Shown here piece by piece: positions 38,806-47,702 of a DNA stretch of 64,000 nt. The stretch is taken from contig JADKJZ010000014.1 of NCBI GenBank assembly GCA_016720805.1, positions 193,772-257,771 on the forward strand. Direction: 5' to 3'. Made by a program: the position numbers and the translations under genes. The notes under the pieces are model-generated. The model saw only the letters and a program-made list of their open reading frames with translations. It was not told the DNA's origin and made no database searches. Positions within the stretch are counted from its first letter, which is position 1. The number at the start of each line of letters is the position of its first letter. The DNA comes from Gemmatimonadota bacterium (GTDB taxonomy: Bacteria; Gemmatimonadota; Gemmatimonadetes; Gemmatimonadales; GWC2-71-9).

Positions 38806-39488
38806 CGGCCTTCCCGCAGAGCGGCGAGGGTAGTGCGCGCGGCCGCGACGAATGCCGCGCCGCTGCCCCAGTGCCCTGAGAAGCGCTCGCCATCGCGAGC
38901 TCCCACCAAGGCCGCACGATCGTCGACGACCAGCAGGACTGGTTCGCCGGGCCACGCCGCGGGCGGAATCACCGTCATCGGAATGGCGCCAAGCGGCACC
39001 TCAGCCGTCGAGGCCACGTCGAGCGTGACCCCGGACGCGGCCGCCCGCCGGAGATGCGGCGCCAAGGTGAGGCAGCCATCGGGGGGCGCCAACAGCTCCA
39101 CCGAACGCTCGGCCCGGGCGATCTCGTGCCCCATCAACTGCACCGCGCCGCGGGACGAAGCGAGTTCAACCAATGTCGGCGTGGCCGGAACGGCGAGCGC
39201 CGCGAGTGCCTCGCCCAGCTTGTCCATCGCCTCGCCCTGCCGATCACTCAACCGCGCCAGGAGGGTACTGGGGGGCTCCGGACGGAACTGCCGAGGCCGC
39301 CCCTCTTCGACGCGCGCCGCTCCCTTCGCCACCAACCCCTCGAGGGCGGCGTAGACGTTGGCGCGCGCCAAGCCTGCCGCGCGGGCAATGGTGTAGCCCG
39401 TGCCGGGGCCGCCGGTCAGCAGGACCTCGTAGATGAGGCCCTCGGTCGGGGTGAATCCAAACGGCGTCAGGTCGAGCCGACCCGCCAT
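38802..39488 (-). CDS. TrmB-family HTH transcriptional regulator
   Basis: N-terminal wHTH EGLIYEVLLTGGPGTGYTIARAAGLARANVYAALEGLVAKG. ATGA overlap with the GGDEF gene. Confidence 0.7.
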   Translation of the reverse strand: MAGRLDLTPFGFTPTEGLIYEVLLTGGPGTGYTIARAAGLARANVYAALEGLVAKGAARVEEGRPRQFRPEPPSTLLARLSDRQGEAMDKLGEALAALAVPATPTLVELASSRGAVQLMGHEIARAERSVELLAPPDGCLTLAPHLRRAAASGVTLDVASTAEVPLGAIPMTVIPPAAWPGEPVLLVVDDRAALVGARDGERFSGHWGSGAAFVAAARTTLAALREGR

Positions 39489-39489
39489 C

Positions 39490-40476
39490 TCAGGAGTACT
39501 CGAGGTGCCAGCCCAACCGCTTCGCGATCTTCGCCAGGCGGAAGGTGATGTCGGCCTGACGCGAGGTCATCCCGCCATCGTCCGGCGAGAGCGGCCAGCA
39601 ATGGTAGGTCACCGGCGTGCCCGCCTTCGGCTGCGACCGCAAATTCTTCGGATGCCAGACGCCATCGGCGTCGACATCCTCGAGCAGGCGGACAAAGACG
39701 GTGGTGGCGCTGGCCGACGACGCCAACTGCCCCATCCCCGCCAGCAGTTCGATGTAGTGGAGGGCCAACGGAACGTCCTTCACCAGTCCCTTCGGATCCA
39801 TCTCGATCGGATCGCCGAGCAACACATGCAACGGCTTCATCGTCCGACTGCCGATCGGGATCATGTAGGACTTGTCCGGCGTCGGCTGGGCAAGGTACTG
39901 GCCGAGACGATCGAGGAAGCCACCGCGCTCACGCTGCAGCGAGGGCATCGAGGAGATCATCGCCAGTGACCACCAGCTCGGCGGCGTCGCCTCGGGATGC
40001 AATTGCCAGCCGCCGCCGCGCTTGATGAACGGATCCTCGGACATCGGCGAGCGGAGGAAGGCCGACACCGCCGACACCACCTTGTGGGCCGCGCCGCGAA
40101 GCCGCGGGTCATCCTCGCGACCCGCCTCGGCCAGCGCCGCGCAGACGCCATCGCGGATCAGGTTGCGATAGGTCTCGGCCGTCGCCGGCTCGTCCTCGGA
40201 CGGATCGGCAAACTCCCCGTACAGGAGCAGATCGTCGTCGCGCGACAAGGTCCGGTAGAGCAACCGATCGGCCAGCCGGAACGGGCGCGTCGTCGTCGGA
40301 ACCCCCAACTGGAGGAGCCGACGATACTGCGCCACCGTCCCGACCTCGAGAGTCCCTTCCTTCTCGGACGGGGTATAGGCGAGGTAGTTGGCGCCCCAGA
40401 GGCCGGTCTCCTGCTGACGGGTCGTGACCGCCGAGACCTGCTCGGAAAGCACCACCTCGCGCAACGAGTCCTGCAA
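39490..40476 (-). CDS. Hypothetical protein; 5' end probably longer
   Basis: 328 aa from TTG 40476. Coding-like codons continue upstream to about 40596 without ATG/GTG/TTG. Stop lies 1 nt from the TrmB-like start. Confidence 0.6.
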   Translation of the reverse strand: MQDSLREVVLSEQVSAVTTRQQETGLWGANYLAYTPSEKEGTLEVGTVAQYRRLLQLGVPTTTRPFRLADRLLYRTLSRDDDLLLYGEFADPSEDEPATAETYRNLIRDGVCAALAEAGREDDPRLRGAAHKVVSAVSAFLRSPMSEDPFIKRGGGWQLHPEATPPSWWSLAMISSMPSLQRERGGFLDRLGQYLAQPTPDKSYMIPIGSRTMKPLHVLLGDPIEMDPKGLVKDVPLALHYIELLAGMGQLASSASATTVFVRLLEDVDADGVWHPKNLRSQPKAGTPVTYHCWPLSPDDGGMTSRQADITFRLAKIAKRLGWHLEYS

Positions 40477-40723
40477 GGTGGCCGGGGCAATGCTCCCGGT
40501 CGGGGCCAGTTCGGACTGAGTCCGGAACCGGATGGAAGGCCCGCCGTGCTCAGCCAGCCACGTCAGCGGGATTCGATGGGTCGTAGGCAGATCCAGGGGA
40601 CGACTCCTCGCGGGGGACCTGATCGGAGGGCGGAAAGACGGGGCGGAATATAGTAGTAGCGAGGGGAGAATGCCAGTCTGATGATAGGATGTAGCTATTG
40701 GGACTACTATGGCTCAATCGGAG

Positions 40724-40830
40724 GGATGATGGATGATAGATGATGGATGATTGATCAGAAATCAGTCTTGATCGCCACGCGGATGTCCGTCCGTTCGAAT
40801 CCATCGTCCATCATCCATCATCCATCATCC
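40724..40830. repeat. Inverted period-7 arrays: about 5x GGATGAT-type and about 5x ATCCATC-type
   Basis: Left array 40724-40758, right array 40799-40830, inside a lower-GC island (about 40640-40860). Confidence 0.85.
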
Positions 40831-40841
40831 CAAGTGTAGTT

Positions 40842-41777
40842 CTATACGCTACAACTCACCACAAACACCGTCCCGCTCTTCATCAATCCCCGTTCACTGG
40901 TCAGCACCATGGTGGTCGGGTTCAGCCAACTGATCCCCTCGCCTTGGGGTTCCTTGCCGAGGATGTCGCAGGCGGTGGGCTTGCCGAGCGGGGCCAATTT
41001 GCCGGTCGGAAGCACCCGGAATGGGAAGAGGTCGCGGTAGCTGCGCACCATCAGCGTGGTACCGTCGGGGGATAGGGCGGCACCGGTAATCAACCGTCCC
41101 GTCCCCGCGTTCGCCACGATCGGCAGGGAGTCGATCCGCTCGGCCATCGCGATCCCTTTCCCCCAGGCGGAGGCGCCAACCCGGAAGAGGAGGACGCCGT
41201 GGCTGCGACCCTTGGTCACCAGAAGGACCTCGCCGCCGGCGTTCACGACCATCGCCTCGACATCATGGGCGCCGTCAGGGTACCGAAAGGTCAGCGTCTC
41301 TGCCGGGCGGGCGGGACGATCCCCGGCGAAGCTCGCGTCGAGGACCGGCTCGGTCAGCCGGAGCAGGGAGACCGCGTCTCGGCGCTCGAGGTTGTCGCCG
41401 GTGTCGGCGATGTAGAGACAGCGACCGGTCGGGCAGGGGCCGAGGGCGACCTCTTCCCAATCGGTGTTGGTCACGCCGCTGAGCGGCAGCGTCGCGATCA
41501 AGGTCCCGCTGGTGTCGATCAGCAGGAGGTCGGGAGCATTGCCGGAATCGTTGATGGTCCAGAGGAGTCCGGCGCGCTGGGTTGTGACGGCGGCACCGCT
41601 CGCTTCGGCCAATCGCGGGTGGGCGAGGGTGCCGCTCTGGCGGAGGGTGGTCGGGGGGACCATGACCCAACCGGCGTCGACGTGGGGGGCTTCGGCGGCA
41701 GGGATTGGCTCGGGCTGGCAGCCAGTCGTGGGGCCAACGAGTGCGCCGAGGGCCAGCAGCACGCGCCACCTCGGCAT
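40842..41777 (-). CDS. Lipoprotein, beta-propeller-like, unknown function
   Basis: Start moved to ATG 41777 (MPRWRVLLALGALVGPTTGC lipobox). Repeated Gly/Asp-rich strands. Shares 1 nt with the cytochrome c stop. Confidence 0.65.
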   Translation of the reverse strand: MPRWRVLLALGALVGPTTGCQPEPIPAAEAPHVDAGWVMVPPTTLRQSGTLAHPRLAEASGAAVTTQRAGLLWTINDSGNAPDLLLIDTSGTLIATLPLSGVTNTDWEEVALGPCPTGRCLYIADTGDNLERRDAVSLLRLTEPVLDASFAGDRPARPAETLTFRYPDGAHDVEAMVVNAGGEVLLVTKGRSHGVLLFRVGASAWGKGIAMAERIDSLPIVANAGTGRLITGAALSPDGTTLMVRSYRDLFPFRVLPTGKLAPLGKPTACDILGKEPQGEGISWLNPTTMVLTSERGLMKSGTVFVVSCSV

Positions 41778-42160
41778 CACTTGACTGGCTTCTTCCGCGC
41801 CAGTTCCACGACGTAGGCGGCGACGGCTTCGACCTCGCGGTCGGTGATGCGCGAGCCGCCGCGGGCCGGCATCACGACGCCGCTCTTCGAGGTCTTGGCG
41901 TCGAAGCCGGTCTTGATGATGGCCACGAGCTCCGGCCGGGTCCCGGTGCTGTGCAACCACTTTCCGTCGGCGAGGTTGGTGTTCTTGCTCACCGCGGGCA
42001 TTCCCTCGCCCCCCTTGCCGTGGCAACTGAAGCAGAGGCCTCGGCCCTCGAAGGTCCGCTTGCCGAGGGCGAGCATCGCCGCGGTCGAATCGGTTGCCTG
42101 CGCCGCGAGAGTGGTCGGGGCGAGGAGGCCAAGCATGAGCAGGAGCGGGGGCAGGCGCAT
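41777..42160 (-). CDS. Class I c-type cytochrome
   Basis: Signal peptide, heme motif CFSCH and a distal Met (VVMP). 127 aa. Confidence 0.85.
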   Translation of the reverse strand: MRLPPLLLMLGLLAPTTLAAQATDSTAAMLALGKRTFEGRGLCFSCHGKGGEGMPAVSKNTNLADGKWLHSTGTRPELVAIIKTGFDAKTSKSGVVMPARGGSRITDREVEAVAAYVVELARKKPVK

Positions 42161-42173
42161 CGCGAGCGGATTC

Positions 42174-43121
42174 CTATTGGTACTGGATGTAGAGAGGGAT
42201 GGGTCGCATTGCCAGCACCTGGGTGAGCGTCAGCATCGGCTTGTCATTCTTGTAGAACAGCTTCAGTCCGGCGAACTGGACCGGTCGACGGGTCACGACG
42301 AGTCCAAAAATATTCTGTTTCAGGGCCGGTGCGCCAAATCCGTCGGCATCGATGACGACCTGAACCCTCGGGTCGAGGGTGATGTCGCGCTCCCGGGTCA
42401 GCATCCCCTCGGTGAAGCGGTGAACGACCAGGATCTTGGGCGGGATCCCCGCCTCCTCGACCAACTTCGCGAGCAGCGCCTGCACCTGGTTGACGTCACT
42501 GGCGTCGAGCGTCCCGATCCGCTTGCCGGGGACCTTGCCTGGCGGCATGGCAAACTCCGGATCGATGCCGAGGTGGACATTTGGACGCCGAAGCCAGGGG
42601 AGGAGCCTGGGGATCTCGGCGGCGATGGGGCTGCGGCCGGCCTGGACGTCCAGGAAGAGCAGCCATCCTCGGGCGTCTGCCCAGGCGGCCACCTTGCCGA
42701 TCAGGGCATCGCCGTGCTGGAGCCGGTAGAGCCCACCTTCGCCCGGGTGTCCCTGCGCCACGGTGACGATCAGGTGCAGGGCGCGGAGCACGGGACGTGT
42801 GGTGTCGGCCGCTTCCCAGCGCTTGGCCGTCTCCTCCAGGCGCGCCATCATCTGCTAAGGGGGGATCTCGCCCAGGATCCCCATGCGGGTGGAGAGCGGG
42901 TTCCCGTAGTAGGCGATGATCCGGTGCTTCGGGAGCAGCGCGTCCCGCCGGGCGACGATCTGGCGGGAGGCCAGCGGGGGATGCACCGTGTCGATCGCTA
43001 CCGCCGGCCGTCGGGGCGGGGTCGCGGGGAGCTGGGCGGAGAGGGACGCGGGGGCGGTCAGGAGCAGCGCGGCGAGCAGGGGGAATCGCATCATGGCGAA
43101 GCATACACCTGCCGGGTGCAC
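42174..43121 (-). pseudogene. Secreted protein of unknown function interrupted by an in-frame TAG (possible pseudogene or sequence error)
   Basis: ORFs 42855-43121 and 42174-42851 are in the same frame, separated only by TAG (42855-42857) plus one Gln codon. The signal peptide is only on the upstream part. Confidence 0.55.
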
Positions 43122-43205
43122 CCTTGGACCACCCGAGGCGGACCGCTACGATTCAATGCGCACCAATGACCTGAAGGATCGCACATTCCGGAGCAGTGAC
43201 CCCCT

Positions 43206-44285
43206 GTGAAGATTGCCATCTCGACCGGCGGCGGCGACGCCCCCGGCCTCAATGCAGTCATTCGTGCCGCCGTCCTCACCGCGCATGATCGCGGTTGGGA
43301 AACAGTGGGCATTCGTCGTGGCTTCCACGGGCTCCTGGACGGCAGCGGTGTCGTGCCCCTCGGCGCTGCCGAAGTCAGCGGCATCACGCATCTGGGCGGT
43401 ACCATCCTCGGGAGCACGAACCGCGGCAACCCGCTCCGCTGGCCGAAGCTGCAGCCGGATGGCCGGGTGGTCGAGATCGACCGGGGCGACGAGTTGATCG
43501 CGGCCTTTCGTCGCGAGGGCATTGACGCCCTCATCTCGATTGGTGGCGACGGTTCGCTCGCGATTGCCGGCACGCTCTGGGAGCGTGGCCTTCAGGTGGT
43601 CGGCGTGCCGAAGACGATCGACAACGACGTCGTCGGCACCGACACGACCTTCGGCTTCGACACCGCGGTCTCCACCGCGACCGAGGCACTCGACAAGCTG
43701 CACACCACGGCCGAGTCGCATGACCGCGTGATGGTGGTCGAGCTGATGGGGCGCGAGGCGGGGTGGATCGCGCTGCACAGCGGCATCTCCGGAACGGCCG
43801 ACGTCATCCTGATTCCGGAAATTCCCTTCTCGCTCGAGAAGGTCTGCGAGAAGATTCGCGAGCGCGAGCGGCACGGGCGACACTTCTCGATCGTCGTCGT
43901 CGCTGAAGGGGCGCAGACCGTCGATGGCGGCCCGGTCTTCCGCGAGCGGCGGAGCGCCGGCACGGTCGACCGGCTCGGCGGCATCGGCGAACAGGTGGCG
44001 CACGGCATTGCGCAGGTCACCGGCAAGGAGACGCGCTCGCTGGTCCTCGGCCACCTCCAGCGTGGCGGCTCGCCGACGACGTTCGATCGGTTGCTCGCGC
44101 TGCGCTTCGGCTCGGCGGCGGTCCGCGCCATCGCCGACGGCGACTTCGGCACCATGGTGGCCTACACGCCGCCGGTCATCTCGCGCGTCCCGATCGCCGA
44201 CGTCGTGGGCCGGATGAAGACGGTGCCGCTCGATTCAGGGATTATCCTGACGGCGCGGCACCTGGGGATTTCGTTCGGCGACTAG
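43206..44285 (+). CDS. pfkA: 6-phosphofructokinase
   Basis: GGDAPGLNA, IGGDGS, PKTIDND, MGR and GHLQRGG. Confidence 0.9.
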   Translation: MKIAISTGGGDAPGLNAVIRAAVLTAHDRGWETVGIRRGFHGLLDGSGVVPLGAAEVSGITHLGGTILGSTNRGNPLRWPKLQPDGRVVEIDRGDELIAAFRREGIDALISIGGDGSLAIAGTLWERGLQVVGVPKTIDNDVVGTDTTFGFDTAVSTATEALDKLHTTAESHDRVMVVELMGREAGWIALHSGISGTADVILIPEIPFSLEKVCEKIRERERHGRHFSIVVVAEGAQTVDGGPVFRERRSAGTVDRLGGIGEQVAHGIAQVTGKETRSLVLGHLQRGGSPTTFDRLLALRFGSAAVRAIADGDFGTMVAYTPPVISRVPIADVVGRMKTVPLDSGIILTARHLGISFGD

Positions 44286-44416
44286 ACGGCGAACGGCGAA
44301 CGGCGAACGGCGAACGGCGAACAGCGGTAAGGGGTGAGGAGTGAGGGGGAACAAACCCCTGACCCCTCACCCCTCACCGTTTCCAACCGTTCGCTGTTCG
44401 CTGTTCGCTGTTCGCT
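44286..44416. repeat. Nested palindrome: 5x ACGGCGA + GGGGTGA-type block, loop, CCCCTCA-type block + 4x GTTCGCT
   Basis: Outer arms 44286-44327 and 44389-44416. Inner arms 44331-44348 and 44356-44378. Fills the whole pfkA/VOC convergent gap. Confidence 0.9.
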
Positions 44417-45192
44417 TACGCCGGCATCTCATACTTGATGACATAAAACATCACCCCCTGCGGTGACGCGATCCCCGCCATCCGCCCCACCGTCGGGATA
44501 TCGACGGGCGGCATGAAGACGCTGCCGCCGCTCGCGGTGGCCTTTGCGGCCGCGGCGTCGACATTGTCGACCGTCATGTACACCGCCCAGTGCGACGGGA
44601 AATTTCCCATCTCCGGCGTGATCGCCATCATCCCGCCCACCATCCGGTCGCCGGCATGGAAGACCGAGTAGTCCATCCCCGGCATGCTCATCTTCTCGAT
44701 TCGCCAGCCGAAGAGCGCGCTCCAGAAGGCGCCGGCCTTCTCGGTCTCGTACGTCGCGAGCTCGATCCAGCTCGGCGCGCCGTGATGCATCGAATCGGCC
44801 GTCATGCCTGGTGACACCCCGGCCTGCCAGACATCCATCTCGGCCCTGAACGGATCGAAGGTCTCGGCCATCCGCCCCGTCGGTCCGACGTCGAACGCCG
44901 GCTTCCCCAGCCCGCCGAGCTCGTTGGCCTTGGCCGACGCCGCGTCGGCGCTCTCGACGCGGATCATCAACCCGATGCCGGGTGGCGTGCTCGGGGGCAT
45001 GTTGGGGCCGCTCGTGTCCCACATCCCCCCGACTTCCTGACCACCCACCTTGATCAGGTGGCCGCCCATCTCCGGGATCTCGGAATACTCCCAGCCGAGC
45101 ACGCCGGCGAAGAAGGCCCGCGCATCCGACGACGCAGGCGTGAGCACGTTGATCCAGCAGAATTCGCCAATCCGACGCGGACCTGAGAGCAT
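44416..45192 (-). CDS. VOC (glyoxalase/bleomycin-resistance) family protein, two-domain
   Basis: Two tandem beta-alpha-beta-beta-beta modules (FCWINVLT ... and WIELATYE ...). 258 aa. Confidence 0.75.
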   Translation of the reverse strand: MLSGPRRIGEFCWINVLTPASSDARAFFAGVLGWEYSEIPEMGGHLIKVGGQEVGGMWDTSGPNMPPSTPPGIGLMIRVESADAASAKANELGGLGKPAFDVGPTGRMAETFDPFRAEMDVWQAGVSPGMTADSMHHGAPSWIELATYETEKAGAFWSALFGWRIEKMSMPGMDYSVFHAGDRMVGGMMAITPEMGNFPSHWAVYMTVDNVDAAAAKATASGGSVFMPPVDIPTVGRMAGIASPQGVMFYVIKYEMPA

Positions 45193-45220
45193 GAGGGGAC
45201 TCGGAGAAGAGGTGGGCGGA

Positions 45221-45419
45221 GGTGAACGGTGAACGGTTAAAAGTGACCTGTGACCGGTGACCAGTGATCAGGAACTGGTAAGGGGTGAGGGGGCGCCCAT
45301 TCGGACGGATGTTCACGTCCTCCCGTTTCACCTGCCAGCCGTAACACCTCGGTCACAGGTCACAGGTCACAGGTCACAGGTCACAGGTCACAGGTCACAG
45401 GTCACTGGTCACCGTTCAC
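45221..45419. repeat. About 200-nt mirrored period-7 structure. Left: 2x GGTGAAC, GTGACC-type, GGGGTGA-type. Right: CGGTCAC, 7x AGGTCAC, TGGTCAC, CGTTCAC
   Basis: Left tract 45221-45290, right tract 45350-45419. The pabA stop TGA lies inside the right tract. Confidence 0.9.
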
Positions 45420-45975
45420 CCAAGAAGCTCCGCACCATCTTGAGTCCCGTCGTCGTCAGCACCGACTCCGGATGGAATTGCACCCCCTCGACCGGGTGCC
45501 GACGATGCCGAATTCCCATGATCTCGCCGTCATCGGCGCGGGCGGTGAGGAGCAGTTCCGGCGGCAACGTCACCTCGACAACGGCGAGCGAGTGATACCG
45601 TGTCGCCTCGAGGGGCGACGGCAATCCGGCGAAGACACCGAGGCCGTCGTGCGTGATTGGCGAGGTGCGGCCGTGACGCGGGTGTGCCGCGCGTTCGACC
45701 GTCGCGCCGTAGGCGGTGGCGATGACCTGGTGGCCGAGGCAGACGCCGAGGATCGGGGTGGTTGGTCCGAGGCTTCGTACGACATCGAGCGCGAGACTGC
45801 ATTCCTCGGGTCGTCCCGGGCCAGGGGAGAGGATGATGTGCGTCGGCGCCATCGCGCACACTGCCTCAAGCGACAGGGCATCGTCGCGACAGACCAGCGG
45901 TGCCTCGCCGAGCTCCTCGACATAGCGCGCCAGCGTGAAGACGAACGAATCCTCGTGGTCGAGGAGGAGGATCAC
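45409..45975 (-). CDS. pabA: Glutamine amidotransferase component II (aminodeoxychorismate/anthranilate synthase)
   Basis: Start moved to GTG 45975 (GTGA overlap with the pabB stop). GVCLGHQ catalytic Cys, and HPES. Confidence 0.85.
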   Translation of the reverse strand: MILLLDHEDSFVFTLARYVEELGEAPLVCRDDALSLEAVCAMAPTHIILSPGPGRPEECSLALDVVRSLGPTTPILGVCLGHQVIATAYGATVERAAHPRHGRTSPITHDGLGVFAGLPSPLEATRYHSLAVVEVTLPPELLLTARADDGEIMGIRHRRHPVEGVQFHPESVLTTTGLKMVRSFLGER

Positions 45976-47348
45976 GGCCCCTCCGCCAGCGCGGCCATGA
46001 GCGCCGCCGCCTTGTCGAGCGTCTCCCGGTACTCCGCCTCCGGTTCCGACAGCGCGGTGATCCCACCGCCCGCGTGGAACGATGCGATCCCCCGCGCGAT
46101 GGTCACCGTGCGGATCGCGATCGAGAACGAGCAACTGCCGTCGCGCCCCAACCAGCCGATCGCACCGCAATAGGCTGCGCGCGTGACCGGTTCGTGGGCG
46201 GCGATCACCGCCATGGCCCGGAGCTTCGGGGCACCAGTCACCGAGCCGCCGGGGAAGGTCGCTTCGAGGAGGTCGATTGCATCGCGCCCGGTGCGCAGCC
46301 GCCCGGTCACCGTCGACACGAGATGGTGCACCGTCGGATGCGTCTCCAGGGCGCACAGCGTCGGCACGTCGACGCTCGCCGGTGCGCAGACCCGCGCGAG
46401 GTCATTCCGCAGCAAGTCGACGATCATCACATTCTCGGCCCGGTCCTTCTCGCTCGCCACCAGCTCGGCGGCGAGGACCTCATCCGCTGCAGCATCGGTC
46501 CCACGCGGCCGCGTTCCCTTGATCGGGCGCGTCTCCACCATGCCGGTCGCGGCATCAAGTTGCAGGAACCGTTCAGGTGAAGCGCTGAGCAACTCCACGT
46601 CGCCGTGGTCGAGGTAGGCGGCGAGCGGTGCCGCAGTGTGCGCGCGAATCCGCCGGTAGAGCGCCAGCGGGCTCCCGGCGAACGGCGCCGTGAAGCGCTG
46701 GGCGAGGTTGGCCTGAAAGATGTCGCCGGACAGCACATGCTCGACGACGGCGGCCACGGCACGCTGGTACGCGTCGGGCGCGAAGTCTGGCGTGGCGAAC
46801 GCGGTGGCGAAGGTCCCCTGCGCCGTCGTGCCCGCCCCCTGCACGACCGCCATCATCTCGGCGGCACGTGCTCTCGCGCGCACGGTGTCGCAGCGGCCAT
46901 CCTGCTGCATCCCGGTGCTCACCAGCCACGCCTGATGCGTGGCGTGATCCCACGCGATCACCCAGTCGTACAGCGCCAGCGAGAGGTCGGGCAGCTCGAG
47001 CGGGTCCTGCGGAGCGCGCGGCATCCGGTCGAACGCCGCGCCAAGTTCGTAGCCGAGCCAGCCGATCCAGCCTCCCTGAAATGGGGGGAGCATCGGGGCG
47101 ATCGGGGCGGTGTGATCGAGGGTGGCGCGGAGCTGGTCGCGGAGGGCGTGCCAATCGTGGGCTGCCCCGCGCAGGATCCGCACCGGGTCGGCGGCGAGGT
47201 AGCTGTAGCGGCCGAGGTCGTGGTGGTCGGCGGCGCCGTCGAGGAGGGCAGGGAAGGGACGATGCGCAAACCGCTCGAGGAGCTCGAGCGGTTCGGGAGG
47301 TGGATCGAGCGGAATGATGACCGGCGAAACCACCGGAGCGTCGGTCAC
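45972..47348 (-). CDS. pabB: Aminodeoxychorismate synthase component I (chorismate-binding enzyme)
   Basis: Start moved to GTG 47348 (GTGA overlap). Motifs SPERF, GTRPRG, DRAENVMIVDL and PGGSVTGAPK. Called PabB rather than TrpE from size and the pterin context. Confidence 0.75.
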   Translation of the reverse strand: MTDAPVVSPVIIPLDPPPEPLELLERFAHRPFPALLDGAADHHDLGRYSYLAADPVRILRGAAHDWHALRDQLRATLDHTAPIAPMLPPFQGGWIGWLGYELGAAFDRMPRAPQDPLELPDLSLALYDWVIAWDHATHQAWLVSTGMQQDGRCDTVRARARAAEMMAVVQGAGTTAQGTFATAFATPDFAPDAYQRAVAAVVEHVLSGDIFQANLAQRFTAPFAGSPLALYRRIRAHTAAPLAAYLDHGDVELLSASPERFLQLDAATGMVETRPIKGTRPRGTDAAADEVLAAELVASEKDRAENVMIVDLLRNDLARVCAPASVDVPTLCALETHPTVHHLVSTVTGRLRTGRDAIDLLEATFPGGSVTGAPKLRAMAVIAAHEPVTRAAYCGAIGWLGRDGSCSFSIAIRTVTIARGIASFHAGGGITALSEPEAEYRETLDKAAALMAALAEGP

Positions 47349-47698
47349 CCCGTGATCCAGCCGCCGGTTTGTCCCTCGAGACCCGGGAAGCCGCCCTTCG
47401 GCTGCCACTGGATGGTGGCCTCGATCCGCTCGGCCATCTGGAGGTCCTTTTCCGTGATGCCGCCAGCGGAGTGCGTCTGCAACATCACCACGATCCGCCC
47501 CCAATGGACTTCCAGATCGGGATGGTGATTGCCGGCCTCGGCCAGGAAGGCGATCGCATTCACGGCCAGCATGGTGCTGCGCCAGCCGTCGGTGGTGTAC
47601 TCGCGCCGGAGCCAACCGTTGGACGCCCTCCATCCGGGCAGCACGGCGAGGCGCGCGGCGAGCTCGGGGCCATCGAATAGCGGTTCGTTGCTTTTCAT
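47345..47698 (-). CDS. phhB: Pterin-4-alpha-carbinolamine dehydratase
   Basis: Start moved to ATG 47698. EAGNHHPDLEVHWGRIVVMLQTH signature. Confidence 0.85.
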   Translation of the reverse strand: MKSNEPLFDGPELAARLAVLPGWRASNGWLRREYTTDGWRSTMLAVNAIAFLAEAGNHHPDLEVHWGRIVVMLQTHSAGGITEKDLQMAERIEATIQWQPKGGFPGLEGQTGGWITG

Positions 47699-47702
47699 GC
47701 CG

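Noticed and set aside
40793-40802. GTTCGAATCC, identical to a tRNA T-loop consensus, suggesting a tRNA or tRNA fragment.
   Set aside because: The flanking bases do not form a T-stem, and no acceptor or anticodon arms can be drawn. The match is probably chance within the repeat island.
40550-40804. 84-aa minus-strand ORF across the GGATGAT repeat island.
   Set aside because: It is largely encoded by repeat units and low-GC spacer, and is in a different frame from the adjacent coding signal.
42855-42857. In-frame TAG as a pyrrolysine or programmed readthrough site.
   Set aside because: There are no pyl genes and no recognisable recoding signal in the window. A nonsense mutation or base error is the simpler explanation.
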